Positions 46,791-58,797 of a DNA stretch of 64,000 nt are shown here, piece after piece. Both the position numbers and the translations under genes were made by a program. This stretch comes from Rhizophagus irregularis. Taxonomy: Eukaryota. The DNA is taken from positions 682,001 through 746,000 of the forward strand of contig NC_089431.1 in assembly GCF_026210795.1 (NCBI RefSeq), written 5' to 3'. The notes beneath the pieces are model-generated. The model was not told where the DNA came from. It saw only the letters and a program-made list of their open reading frames with translations, and did not search any database. Each line of letters begins with the position of its first letter. Positions within the stretch are counted from its first letter, which is position 1.

Positions 46791-49700
46791 TTAATCTTCC
46801 TCGAGAGTGTGAATTTTTTTTAAGTCGATAGTATCCATCTGCAAGGAAGTCACGTTAGTTTTCCGTTTATGTAGAGAAATTGGAATGGTAATTTTTTTAC
46901 GTGATGATAGAGGGATGGTCAGTTGCCGATTTTGGAAATCTAGAATGACATTAGCACGATCAATCCAAGGTACACCTAGCAATAAAAAGTCCTTATCACT
47001 CTTAACAACCATGAAGTCATCTTCAATTTTTTTAGAGTTCTCCCCATCATATACAAGAATACCAAGACCATATACTGTCCCAATAGTATCAGATTTTGTC
47101 GCAACACCACTAAGGTTAGGAGCATTACTTCTATCAACATCAAGATTTAGGCGCTTTACAATATTGTTAGATATCAGAGAACTATCAGAACCAGTATCGA
47201 AAATTGTCGTAGGAATAACTAAAGATTTTTCACTCTCAGGTGCGACTACTTTGGTCTTAATAGTGACTACATCACTAGCAGACTTGCGGTTAACAATTCC
47301 AATACCTGCTATAGAAGACCATAAGTCATTATTACATATAACATCATCATTTTTACGGATTAAATTTGCAGCCATACTATTAGTTACAACCGAAATCATA
47401 GGATGAAGGATAGATGTGAAAAGGTCCTTAACATTATCCCAAACTTTTTCACGTGTTTTTATTGAGGGTTCTCCTTTAAGCTGACTGAGTACTGGTTCTT
47501 TATAATTAATGAATTCAGCATTCAGAGCATTGTAAGCAGATATAACAGTCTCTTTTGGTACAGCATTAACGAAGGATTGAACCAGAAGCTTGAAGAGTTG
47601 TATAAAAACCTCAAAGATAATACGCTGCCTTTCAAGTTGTGATTTTTTCTTATCAGTAGGCTTTTTATCTATACGTTTCCTTTCTGTAGGCTTTTTTTTT
47701 AATCCATAGCAGGCATGTCCAGAGTCTGAATCACTATCAGAGGAGTCAGAGGAGTCAGAGGCGTCAGAAGAGTTAGAGGAATCAGAGGAGTCATGTGCAT
47801 AATTTGTTTTCCTCTTTCCCTTCTTAGATTTTGGACAGGAACTCTTAGTATGACCAGATTTTCCACAACTTGAGCATTTCTTTGATTTCTTTGGTTTGCG
47901 TGTACCTGAACTTATACCAAATACCTGATTACCACGGTAAATATGATCAGATGGTAAATTTTTATTAAGTTCTGTATCAATAAATATTTCAAGATCACTA
48001 AGGGTTACTTTACTTATATCGATATCTCTTGGAAGACCTAATTTATATGCTAAAGCAAGTAATCTCTGAAATGATGTATCATTTTGAGGACTTGAAAATG
48101 GACTAGAAGATGGTACTGGTACTGCAGATGATCTAGCTGTAGTCATAGGAATTTTAGAATTTATAAGATTCTCAATATCCGCTAAAGTTGGACCCTGATA
48201 TGTAACTATAGGAGTAGGTGGCATATCTGTCCTGTATTTTTCAACTTCTTCCAATTTATTCAGAATAGATGCAACTGAATTTTCTAAACCAATACGTCGC
48301 GCATCCAACTTATTTTCACTGGAAAGACCATTTAAGAACTGTTGCCATACTAATTCATTCTGATTTACCTCTGGAAGAGTTGGATATGCAAGTCTAACCA
48401 TTCTTCGTAATTTAGAATAGAATCGGCTTACAGTATCACTACCCTGAACAATAGCATTAAATGCAAGCTTAGACTTTTCAGATGTTACAGTAGGGAAGTA
48501 ATGCTTAAAACGATATATTAATTGTCCAATGCGTATTCCAGGAGCCACAATTGTACCTCCATTATTAGCATTAGGATTATTAACAGCTATATCAGTAGGA
48601 CGACCCTCGACTATTGACCAATCTTCATCCCATACAGTATGATCAGGTATAAAACTAGCACCAGTAATAGTATTAACTGCAGCTGCTTGTCCATGTAATA
48701 CACCAGCCCCTCCACGAAATTGATTCGCCGCTACAGCCTGTATAGCGGCATTATTCAAAGCATTAAAAGCAGCAAGATTGGCCACACCAGTATTATCCAG
48801 AAGATTTACACATTCCCAATTTTTTCCTTTGATATGTGTTTCATACCAATCTCTAGCATCATCTTCAAGTAAAGTTTCAAAGATCCCATGAATCCTAACA
48901 CGAGTCCTAGCATTAGCAGCAGGATCAAGTCCAGCAGACTCACACCATTGCCTGAATTCTTGAAGCCAAAGTTCTGGATCTTCACCAGATGCTCCTCTAA
49001 ATTTTTTAGGTGCATATCCTGCCATTATAGGTTGTTGTATTACCGGAGGGTTATTTTGTAATGCTAGAATCTGTTGATTCAAATTATTGACCTGATTTTG
49101 CAAATTTTGGCCATGATTGCGACAGTTTAAAAATTGCCCTCTCCATGCTCGAGCTTGCTGAATGATACCATTAGCCCGCCTTCTACTTCGCTCTGTTTCA
49201 GTATTATAGCGCTGTAATAATCTATGAGCATTTCTTCTACTCTCATCACGTTCTCTCTGGACATTAGCTAGTTGGATTTGACTGTTAGCAAATTGAGCCT
49301 GGATGTTAGCCAATTGGATCTGAGTATTTTGTGTAAGGGCTTCCCAATGTTGGCGATGACGCACTTCATTTGCATATGCATCCTCATAAGTACGTCTTGT
49401 TCTCAGTATAGTAGCACGTGTATTATTAAGTTCTTGTCTAAGATATTCTTCACGGTTATGTGCATCATCTAACAAACCTTCAAGTCTATCCTCCATATTA
49501 TCTTGATCTTCTATAATATTTCGCAACTCATTAGCATATCGGATAATGGCATCAAGACTATCATTTGCAGTGTTAAATAAATGATTTATATGAGGGTTTG
49601 CTGCAATAGTTGTACGATCAAGGTGAATACGAATACCAGCTACACTATTTGCTATAGTTGTCCGATTATTTAAGATTTCTGTAATAGGGTCAGGAGGAAT

Positions 49701-50012
49701 TGCTGCCATGTTTTTCCGTTGTCTATTAGCAAGTTCTTTTATTCGATCTTTAAGTTGAATATTTAGAGTATCAACTTCAATCAGCTGACGTTCTAATGCT
49801 TGAAGCCCTTCCTCCTTTAGTGATGCCGTTTCTAATGCTTTCTTAAGCTTTGCACGCAACTCAGCATTTTTTTGCCTAAGTTCTTCTATCTCGGATTCAT
49901 GACCCTCGATTACACCATACAGGTATTTTATATATTGCTCTTGTGATTGCAATGTATGTGCAAGCTTTGTAATCTGTGTCTTTAACGATGTATCTTCCAT
50001 TGCCAGTTCCAC
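46791..50012 (-). CDS. Gag-like polyprotein: coiled coil, Ty3/Gypsy-type capsid, CCHC knuckle and retropepsin; no RT
   Basis: PKKFRGASGEDPELWLQEF...LLEDDARDWY, IVQGSDTVSRFYSKL...QFLNGL, CSSCGKSGHTKSSC and IFDTGSDSSLIS...LLLGVPWI. Intact 1073-aa ORF with the first ATG at 50000. Confidence 0.88.
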   Translation of the reverse strand: MELAMEDTSLKTQITKLAHTLQSQEQYIKYLYGVIEGHESEIEELRQKNAELRAKLKKALETASLKEEGLQALERQLIEVDTLNIQLKDRIKELANRQRKNMAAIPPDPITEILNNRTTIANSVAGIRIHLDRTTIAANPHINHLFNTANDSLDAIIRYANELRNIIEDQDNMEDRLEGLLDDAHNREEYLRQELNNTRATILRTRRTYEDAYANEVRHRQHWEALTQNTQIQLANIQAQFANSQIQLANVQRERDESRRNAHRLLQRYNTETERSRRRANGIIQQARAWRGQFLNCRNHGQNLQNQVNNLNQQILALQNNPPVIQQPIMAGYAPKKFRGASGEDPELWLQEFRQWCESAGLDPAANARTRVRIHGIFETLLEDDARDWYETHIKGKNWECVNLLDNTGVANLAAFNALNNAAIQAVAANQFRGGAGVLHGQAAAVNTITGASFIPDHTVWDEDWSIVEGRPTDIAVNNPNANNGGTIVAPGIRIGQLIYRFKHYFPTVTSEKSKLAFNAIVQGSDTVSRFYSKLRRMVRLAYPTLPEVNQNELVWQQFLNGLSSENKLDARRIGLENSVASILNKLEEVEKYRTDMPPTPIVTYQGPTLADIENLINSKIPMTTARSSAVPVPSSSPFSSPQNDTSFQRLLALAYKLGLPRDIDISKVTLSDLEIFIDTELNKNLPSDHIYRGNQVFGISSGTRKPKKSKKCSSCGKSGHTKSSCPKSKKGKRKTNYAHDSSDSSNSSDASDSSDSSDSDSDSGHACYGLKKKPTERKRIDKKPTDKKKSQLERQRIIFEVFIQLFKLLVQSFVNAVPKETVISAYNALNAEFINYKEPVLSQLKGEPSIKTREKVWDNVKDLFTSILHPMISVVTNSMAANLIRKNDDVICNNDLWSSIAGIGIVNRKSASDVVTIKTKVVAPESEKSLVIPTTIFDTGSDSSLISNNIVKRLNLDVDRSNAPNLSGVATKSDTIGTVYGLGILVYDGENSKKIEDDFMVVKSDKDFLLLGVPWIDRANVILDFQNRQLTIPLSSRKKITIPISLHKRKTNVTSLQMDTIDLKKIHTLEED

Positions 50013-51046
50013 AGATTTTTATAGACCCTACATTTAATAAACAAATCGAACAAAATTATATCCTTCAACAAATCTATTACCATCCATGTGGATATTATCG
50101 TATTCCTGAAAAACTTTGGGCTAAAGTGCAAGCTGAGGGCCATGATTTTAACATATCTGATATTACAGAGTGGTTGCATAAACAGGCTATATGGCAAATA
50201 CACTCACCTGTACCCAAGTATGTTCCACAGGTTTCTTTTAATAAGATCACACGACCAAATATGTATCATCAAGCGGATATCTTATATATGCCCTATGATA
50301 CTGTAGATAGAAAGCTGTATAAATACTGTTTGAATATTGTAGATGTTGCCAGCCGATATAAAGCTTCAGTACCTCTAGAAGATCGCAGCTCTGCACGTGT
50401 TGCTAAGGCATTTAAAAAGATTTATAGTAAAGCAGACTGCCCGCTTATTTGGCCAAGAGTTTTACAAGTAGATGGGGGATCAGAATTTAAGGATGAAGTT
50501 ATCCGATTAATGGATGAAAAAGGTGTACGTATTCGGGTGGGTACTACTCATAAGAGTCAGGCTATTGTTGAACGGTATAATCGAACTTTAGCAGAAAGGC
50601 TATTTAAAATACAGGATGCAAAAGAACTCCTTACAGAAGGTGTGAATACTGCCTGGGTTAAGAACCTTCCTGATATTGTGAATGAGTTAAACAATTCTAA
50701 TACTCGATTGCTGGGTATGTCTCCAGTTGAGGCAATCCAGAAAGATCAAGTGTATGCACTACCTTCAAAGATTCAGAATGATAGACCTGTAGGTGCAGAA
50801 GAAATACGTTTACCGGCAGATTCTCTTGTGAGATACTTACTTGATAGCTCAGATTACCGAGGTAGGAGACGTGCAACTGATCCAATATGGTCTACTAAAG
50901 TTTATACAATTGAATCTTCCACAGTTGTTGATGGGCAGCCGGTTATATATAGGTTATCTGATGAACCTAAAAAAATATTTACTCGAGAAGAATTATTAGT
51001 TGTGCCATCTGATACTATGCTGCCTCCTACTCATATATTATATTAA
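49988..51046 (+). CDS. rve-family DDE integrase of the Polinton/adintovirus type
   Basis: QIYYHPCGY, HQADILYM, NIVDVASRY, LQVDGGSEF, QAIVERYNRTL and RRRATDPIWS. No HHCC or GPY motif as in the Gypsy integrase. Confidence 0.88.
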   Translation: MYLPLPVPQIFIDPTFNKQIEQNYILQQIYYHPCGYYRIPEKLWAKVQAEGHDFNISDITEWLHKQAIWQIHSPVPKYVPQVSFNKITRPNMYHQADILYMPYDTVDRKLYKYCLNIVDVASRYKASVPLEDRSSARVAKAFKKIYSKADCPLIWPRVLQVDGGSEFKDEVIRLMDEKGVRIRVGTTHKSQAIVERYNRTLAERLFKIQDAKELLTEGVNTAWVKNLPDIVNELNNSNTRLLGMSPVEAIQKDQVYALPSKIQNDRPVGAEEIRLPADSLVRYLLDSSDYRGRRRATDPIWSTKVYTIESSTVVDGQPVIYRLSDEPKKIFTREELLVVPSDTMLPPTHILY

Positions 51047-53502
51047 TTTTCAAGTTGTGGTATCCTATAGTCACCATGTGCATACATTGTGATATTATCT
51101 TGTGCAATCCATTTTTTATCATCCATAGGAGATAACCCAACCTTCGACATTTCTATAACATTTATGGCATGTCTGTCAGATCGGATTGCTCTAAAGGTAA
51201 CTGTATCATTATGTTTAGGATCGAAGAGTGCCTTATTATACCGCTCGTGGTGGAATTCTTTTTTAACTACCTTTGAGGGAACACCCTTAGCCTTACGGAT
51301 ACCATGTTTTGGATTAGTAGTTTCATCTCCTACCTTAAGAATGGAATACATTTTGGGACGAAGGCCAATAAATTCTGCTATAACTGCTCCATTACATTCA
51401 TCCTTAAATTTTCCTGGGATTTTCATGTTTATGTCAGCCTTGTCACCTAATGCTTCTCGTACAGGGTGATCCTTAGGATAATCACTAAAGTCGAATTGGT
51501 CTGCCATATCTATAAGGTCTGCATTAATATCCTCAGTTTGGATTTGTACGAGGAGTGAGTCTGTGTCTGTATAACATAACTGGATTTTTTCACCATAACG
51601 TACCTTAAGAGTATCATAGTAGAATTGATACATACAGAGCTTTGAGAGGTCAAGTACACTCATACCCACATATGTTGGACGGTTAAGCATTACCTCCACT
51701 TTTCGTCGGTGGATTGCAACAAGATTTTCTGAGAATATTTTACGACCTTTGAATGCAGGATCTGAGGTAAGCTTTTTATATTTCTTGGGATGGGTTTGGG
51801 GTTGTACTACTGAGACACGTACACGTTTCCTGAGATTTTCCATAGTTTTACCAAATACACTATTATTCATGAGTTTATAGAAGTCCTTCTCAAAATCGTT
51901 TTTAGCCTTAGCACGTTCGGCGGTGTTAAATTCTATGTATGGTTTCATCCATGGAGCCTGCTCGAATTTTATAGCTTCATAGACCTTCTTGATTACTAAG
52001 CCTTGGCTAACATAATACTGGAGATTTCTGTAATGAACTACATATTCATCCTTATCGAATAGGTTGGGAATGAGCTTATCCGTGGGTGTGTATCGTTGTC
52101 CTGAGCGTGCTATTATTTCCTGCTGCTTTTTACTAAGCCATTCCTTCTTAACCTTCATTCGTTCTGGTGCAAGGGGGTAATCTGTATGTTGTGAATGAAG
52201 AGCTTGGGGGTACTCCAGTTTGACTTTGAGAATATATCCCTCAGAAGAATCGTCTGGTATTTCGTTATTTTCTATTTGCCTTTGAATGTTAGATAACTCG
52301 TTCTCCTCCTTTACCCAGTGAAAGTTACCTGTAGGTAAGTATTGCAACATGGCCCATCCATATAGGTTATTTGCATCTAAGTATAGGATAGATAACTTGG
52401 GCTTTTCTGCGGTCCATTTACCTTCTCCCATATCTGGGTTATTTGCACGAGCATATCGTTTACTTACCATAGAGATTCCACCACGTAATCCTTGTTCTAC
52501 CATCATGTACATATCCTGGTCAGTTATAAGATCCAATCTTCGCCCTGTCATGAAGAATAGTGCATCCCATGCAAAGCCTGGTGTTGAATAATACCAGAGA
52601 GGATCTAACCCATATTTTTTCAAGGCCATTTCTCGGAAATTCTGAAATATATCGGCTAGTAGAAGGACGTCAGTTTTGAGATAAATGTCATGATAATCTT
52701 GCATTGTTTTACATCCTGCTTTTTCCCATACATACTGTGCATATTCGTATTCTTTATCACTAATGTGGGTTTCATTAAGTTTGCTATAGAATGCTCCTTT
52801 AAGTGGTAAACTAGTTTTCTCGAACTTTTTCCAGTCATCCATATATTCATACGGGTAGACACCTTTCTTAAGATAAATCTCGAGTAATTCAGGTGGTATT
52901 TGACTTCGTGTTATCTTAAAGTTTTCGGGATGTGCAAAGCATCTACCTGCATCAATTCGCCATAAGTGTTGTGGATTACTACATTCTTGTGCTCTACATT
53001 TTTCTGCGCCTAGGTTGGATGCTAATTTGTCGAGACTTGATTTCATGAATTGTAGGCTGTCTATAAATCAGAGGGAACCTAACTTGAATGCCATATACTT
53101 TTCCATGTTATAAGGGATAGGATCAATATCATCCTCACATTCCATTGCACCAATTCCTTGCATAATTATGTGTCCATCATATCCTGATAAATTGTGAAAG
53201 ATTACTGGGATATGCATTTCACGAGGTTTTATGGATAAGTCAAGATTACATCTTCTATGTGCTGCACCTCGATACCTTCCTGTAATATGGCAGTGGTCTC
53301 TTACTTTATTTCCATCTAAGGGGTTGCGACATATCCAGCAGTTTATTGCATTATCATAACTTACTTGCTCTTGGGTTGTTAATGGCATCATTTCCATTGG
53401 GTTTCTGAATTCATTACGGATTGCTTCAGCCTCATTTAGCATTTCGATTACAAATTTCTGTGCTGCATTTTCTCCTGTAAATATCTTCTGTGATTCACTT
53501 AC
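51043..53502 (-). pseudogene. polB: Family B DNA polymerase of the Polinton (protein-primed) type, 5'-truncated, one in-frame TGA
   Basis: CWIC..KVRDHCHITGRYRGAAH..CN, FHNLSGYDGH, L*FIDSLQFM (TGA at 53070-53068), KGVYPYEY, YLKTDVLLL, YLDANNLYGWAM, KLMNNSVFGK, YTDTDS and KAKGV. Confidence 0.92.
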
Positions 53503-54310
53503 CACACGTCAAATAAGTAAAAATCAGTCAAATATCGGACTGCCGATTTTTGGCTGTATTTGTCCGATTCATGGCTTTATTCAGCCGATTTTATGGCGTG
53601 AATTGCTAAAAATAGAAATTCCTCTTTTTAATGACAAAAAATAGGAATGCCGCATTTTAAACCATCATGCCGATTCAAACAATAATCGGACTGCCGATTT
53701 GTAAATAAATTTACAAAATATCATCACAATCAGACTGCCGGCATGAAAATAAACATGCTGATTCATAACATATAGAAGTGCCGATTTTTAAATCAGAACA
53801 ACAAACATTTTATATTACCTGCCGATTCTTCAATAATCTTCCAAATCGGACTGCCTATTGTACCGATTCGTATAATAATTTTTCAAAAAATAAGTGCCGA
53901 TTTATAAATTGGCACAACAGACTTATACTACCATGCAGATTCATGCAGTAATCATCCAAAATCGTACTGCAATAATCATGCCATTCTCACAAATAGAAAT
54001 GCCGATATATAGATCAGTAAGAACAATACTTAAAATAACATATGCCTGTTTTTATTTCGATCACAAATAGTTTTGAAAAGGAATGCCGATTCATAGATCG
54101 GTAAGAGCAATACTTAAAATAACATATGCCTGTTTTTATTTCGATCACAAATAGTTTTGAATAGAAATGCCGATTCATAGATCAGTAAGAACAATACTTA
54201 AAATAACATATGCCTGTTTTTATTTCGATCACAAATAGTTTTGAATAGAAATGCCGATTCATAGATCAGTAAGAGCAATACTTAAAATAATCTATGCCTG
54301 TTTTTATTTC
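53503..54310. mobile_element. Terminus and subterminal repeats of a CACTA/CMC-like element inserted in polB
   Basis: Starts CACACGTCAAAT exactly where polB homology stops. Many short (C)TGCCGATT repeats, then four 85-bp tandem units at about 53990-54310. Confidence 0.75.
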
Positions 54311-54539
54311 GAGTAAGCCAGAATCTTTCTATTTTTGATTTTTTCGTAATTCATCATTACCCGTTTTTTTCTATTATTGACCGATTTTATTTTATATGAA
54401 CACATTGTAATATACGTTTTTTTATTTTGCAGTTTATGATATATTTATTATTATATTCTTGCTATATTTATTATTACTATGTGCTATAATCATCTTACTA
54501 TTTTCTTTCACTTTTTAAAAGAGAACGTTTTTTAGTAGT

Positions 54540-56732
54540 TGATCTCCTAATAATTTCTTTTGGAACCACTAGTCGAAATGGATCATCCTTTTCATCGCTG
54601 TCATCGATAAAAATATAATCATTATTATCGGTTTTCTTATTGTCATCATTCTTATCGTCATCATTCTTATCGTTATTATCATCGTTAACGTTATTGTCGT
54701 TTTTATCGTTACTAGCATTGTTTTTATCTTTGTCGTTATTGTCGTCATTGTTATCGTCATTGTTATCGTCGTTACTATTATCCTCTTCATCACCATCTTT
54801 GTCGGATTCTTGTGCAACCCAGCTTGACGAAATCCACCAACTGGGAATGTTCTCCTTTGGTTTGCTTTTTTTGTCAAAATTTTCATCTGAGCGGTAACGT
54901 GGACGACTTAAACCAGATCCGATGCTAATACCAATTTCTTCCGATCGATGTAGAATTTTTTGAATCTAATAAAAATTTATAATTTATTAAGCATAAATGT
55001 TATATTCATTAATAACATCACGACTTCGCATACTCCCGACGACCGCCACTTCTTGTCGTAAATCTTTATTACTGAATTATTGTTAATTAATCGACCTGAT
55101 CTTGTATTTTTACTGCGTTCTTTGTTTGCTAATTCCTCGTCTTCTGTGGACCATTCGTCCGAGTGTATGTCTGAAGTATTAGTCGCCTTTATACAATCTT
55201 TGATAAATTCTTCCCATTTTAAGTTACGATGTTGGCATTCAGTCAAAAGTTTGTCTCGTGTCGATATCATGTGCTGCAATCCTCTTCTGCGCCGGGACAT
55301 CTTCTATTGAAGAGTAAATTAAAAAATTAATTAATTGTATATGTTTTTATTATTAAATAATGAATTTTATACCTGATCCCTTCTGGATATCATGTGTTGT
55401 CTTTTGGTATGTTCCGGCATTTTACCCTCTTTTTTGCAGTTTCCAAATCTCTCGGCGAGATTTATGCAATTGTTTTATGATTCTTACTATCTCTATATCA
55501 TATGCTACAATAGAAGGATTCATGGCCGATTTTACTGCTGGCAAAAGTTTTCTTTCTATTGTTTTTTTTGTTCACTGTACGTCTTTGATAGGTCGAATTG
55601 AAGCGACTGATTAAGATTATTGAGAATATGGACTACTTCATCCTATTTAATAAAACAGTCATTAAATGATCAAATATTTAATTTAATAAAGATAAATTTT
55701 AATAAAAATGTATATTTACGTGAAGTGTCTTCTTATAATTACTTGACATGAGTGGCAGCTCACGTTTCTGTTCTCTAATAAGAATAGGCGATAAGCTTCT
55801 ATTGGGACGATTAACTAAAGGTTCTTCATGACTAGCATTTTTTTCGGTTAGGTTATTTAAGCGTTGTGTGAGATTTAAGATTACATTTCTTAATTCTTGA
55901 ATTTCTTGGTTTTCAACGCCACCTATTATAAGTCAGTATTTAATATAATTCATTTTGAAAATTTTTTTTTTACATGTAAGTCAGAATAGGAGCGTGAGGG
56001 AAATAATACCGCTATTTAGAGCCGGAGTAATTGAAGAGGAAGGTTGATTTTGCAATATCGAAGATTGATTTGTAAGTGTTCCTATAATAATTATGTTAAA
56101 TCGGTATATGTTTTGAAATGTAATTAAAACTAATTTAAATAATATTACTTTTTGTTAATGATCTCCCTCTATTTTGTGGTGATGAATCTTTGGATGAGAG
56201 AGTGGTAAATTGATCATTAGAATCAGATACTTCATAATAGGATCGATGATGGTTAGAACTGTGGGATCTAGATTGTGATTTATGTGATCGATGATGTTGA
56301 CGTGAACGGATAGGGGAACTAGAATGGGATGGAGAGATATGTTGTTGTCGTAATCGGTGACTACGAGATTGGGAACGACTATGACTACGACTACGAGATT
56401 GGGAACGACTACGACTACGAGATTGGGAATAACTACGACTACGAGATTGGGAATGACTACGACTACGAGGTTGGGAACGATAATGGGAACGACGTGAATG
56501 AGAACGACGATGTGAACGACGTGAGTGAGAACGACGTGAGTGGGATCGTTGATGAGAACGACGTGAGTGAGAACGACGATGGGAACGACGTGAATGGGAT
56601 CGTTGATGAGAACGACGTGAGTGAGAACGACGATGGGAACAACGTGAATGGGATCGTTGATGAGAACGATGTGAGTGAAGAACGGGAATCTGATTCTTTT
56701 TGTTGAGATCTAGTATTGAGGTTCCTATGCAT
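54540..56732 (-). pseudogene. Multi-exon transposon accessory gene: Ser/Arg/His-rich N-terminus, conserved core, Asp/Asn-rich tail; frameshifted
   Basis: Core MNPSIVAYDIEIVRIIKQLHKSRREIW...QHMISRRDQ and GLQHMI...SDIHSDEWS.EDE is paralogous to 62225-64000. SHSRR and SRSQSR repeats at about 56340-56690. Confidence 0.65.
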
Positions 56733-57049
56733 CCCGAGAAATTTGTAAAAATTTAAATCTTTTCATTATGGTATTTATTATTAAAGATCGGACAAGAGAT
56801 AAAAAGGCACTTTATATACATATTTTGAATCATCCTATCATTTAACGCGTAATTGCCTAATCAAAATAAACATAAAATAAATTATTAACTTCGTTATCAC
56901 ATATCAATAAATTTATACTACATCGCTATCCATCAATTAAATATATTAATAATCAATTAATATCATTAAACTTAATTAAATTAATTACTTACGGAAGTTT
57001 GTTTTTCCGGTAGGAAATCTGTGACGCGACGAAATAGCGATACGTGACG

Positions 57050-57215
57050 AAAAAGCAATAGGAAATATTTTTGAAACCGTGATGTGAACGCAAAAAGCGA
57101 TAGAAAATATTTTCGAAACTGTGATGTGAACGAAAAGAGAGAGGAAATATTTTCGAACTGTGATGTGAACGAAAAGAGAGAAATATTTCGAACTGTGATG
57201 TGAACGAAAAAAAGC
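57050..57215. repeat. Four 34-37 bp tandem repeats
   Basis: GAAATATTTTCGAA(A)CTGTGATGTGAACGAAAA repeated; possibly subterminal repeats of a nested element. Confidence 0.75.
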
Positions 57216-57992
57216 GATATAAATATCGTCGAAGAAAGCGTGGTAAACATACACAAATATATCATGATCGGCACCTCCGATTTTGTAGGATTTATGCATC
57301 TGGCGCGTGACACTTATGCGTCATCCAGTCACGTGTAGTAACAAACTGCGCCCAAGGCAGAAAATTAGTACTTATTGGGCAATAAAAGAATAACTTTTTA
57401 TACTTTTATACGTGATTTTGATATTTTGATTAAAAATAACTCAATCAATTAATTTTTAATAAAAAATAATATAAAATCTTTCAACTAGATAACATACAAA
57501 ATCGCCAAAATTTTTTTTTTTCATTCTTTATGAAACTTGATTAAAAAAACAGCGCATAAATTTAACCACTAATAACATCGTTGATGTAATAAAGTTCTGA
57601 GTTCCATTCTGCCTGCGTACATGAATAACATCTACAGGGAGATGTTCCCCATGTCGATAGGGAGGATGATCCCCATACTAGACTGACTTTTTGTTTAAAT
57701 TATAGTTCATATGTATTACTACTAAAATGATAGATGCAAGTTTATCACGATCATTCGGCGCTGATGGACAAATCGTTCGTTGAGATACTTGTTACATGCA
57801 GTATGATGATTAATTACTATTAGATTTATACAAAATTTATGACATTTTAAATCGATTTTAAAGGTATTAATATTATCTTATCTTATATTATGAAAAAGAA
57901 GCTGGTTTAATAGCCAAAAAAAAACATCATATTTACAAAATATAAAGGAATTTTCAAATTAAAAAATGAAAAAATGAAATATAATTGATTAA

Positions 57993-58398
57993 TCATGACT
58001 TGTGAAATTTGAAGTATTCTGATAAGCTGCTAAATGTAGGTGATTGCGATTGTTGTTGCGATTGTTGTTGCGATTGTTGTTGCGGCTGCGTTTGTTGATG
58101 TTGTTGCGAAAAATATAATCGTAAATTTAAATCATAAATTTCTTTTTCATAGTCTTTTATTTTTTCGTCGTATATTTTTAACCACTCCACCAAATTATTG
58201 TTTTCACGGGAACTTTTCTCCAACTTATTAAGTAATTTCTCTCCCGAATCGTACACAACTTTTTTAAAGTCCAGCAACTGGACTTGCAAATCGGAAACTT
58301 CCTTATCCTACCCCTTTAATTCCTTTAGCATTCGCTCTCTTCTATTTTTTTTTGCGATTTCGCGAGGATTTGCGAGAATTCAACGATGGTTTGCCCAT
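57993..58398 (-). pseudogene. Small basic-region/coiled-coil (bZIP-like) ORF with a Gln-rich tail and one in-frame TAG
   Basis: MGKPSLNSRKSSRNRKKNRRERMLKELKG*DKEVSDLQVQLLDFK...QQQSQQQSQ. Confidence 0.5.
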
Positions 58399-58797
58399 TT
58401 TTGCGAAAATAATCTTTCTGGCTAATCTCGGAATTTATAATTCGATGAATAAAGCATGTATTATTGCTAAAAATGGCTAATAACATTCATTATGCTATAT
58501 TTTAGGGGGTGGGAGAGGCGCAAAAGTGCCTGTCAGGTGGTATTTTCCAATCATATATATATAAATTGGTTAAAATCCTGAAAGATTTTGAGTAAATATT
58601 TGTAATATTATAATTAATACAAATTAAAAAAATGTGGCTGATTGTTTCACTTTAATAAGTATCTAGCGGCTTTTTGTGAATCAGAAATTAACCTTTAATA
58701 TTAATTCAGGATCTCAAAAAATTTCCTAGATAAAAAAATTTTTCAAAAAAATTTCCTATATAAAAAAAAATTTTCAAAAAATTTTCTAGATAAAAAA

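Larger units (their letters stand above)
44054..53502. mobile_element. Polinton/Maverick-like element (family B DNA polymerase + rve integrase) carrying Gag-protease, viral TBP-like and F-box genes; right part displaced by a CACTA-like insertion
   Basis: Six tightly packed intronless ORFs on both strands, visibly less AT-rich than the flanks. It begins abruptly inside the CACTA transposase with a short repeat array and ends abruptly inside polB at a CAC terminus. Confidence 0.8.

Noticed and set aside
46885..47406. Long antisense ORFs inside large genes (also 51089-51469, 44470-44811, 32667-32999)
   Set aside because: Shadow frames of strongly supported genes on the opposite strand, with no motifs of their own.
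46791..51046. Gag-protease plus integrase as an ordinary LTR retrotransposon
   Set aside because: The two genes are on opposite strands, there is no RT, RNase H, LTR, PBS or PPT, and the integrase lacks HHCC and GPY motifs and looks Polinton-type.
56329..56706. Plus-strand 125-aa acidic repeat protein (DYDYEIGN, DENDVS)
   Set aside because: It is the antisense of the Ser/Arg/His-rich exon of the minus-strand accessory gene, whose paralogue at 62-64 kb supports the minus strand.
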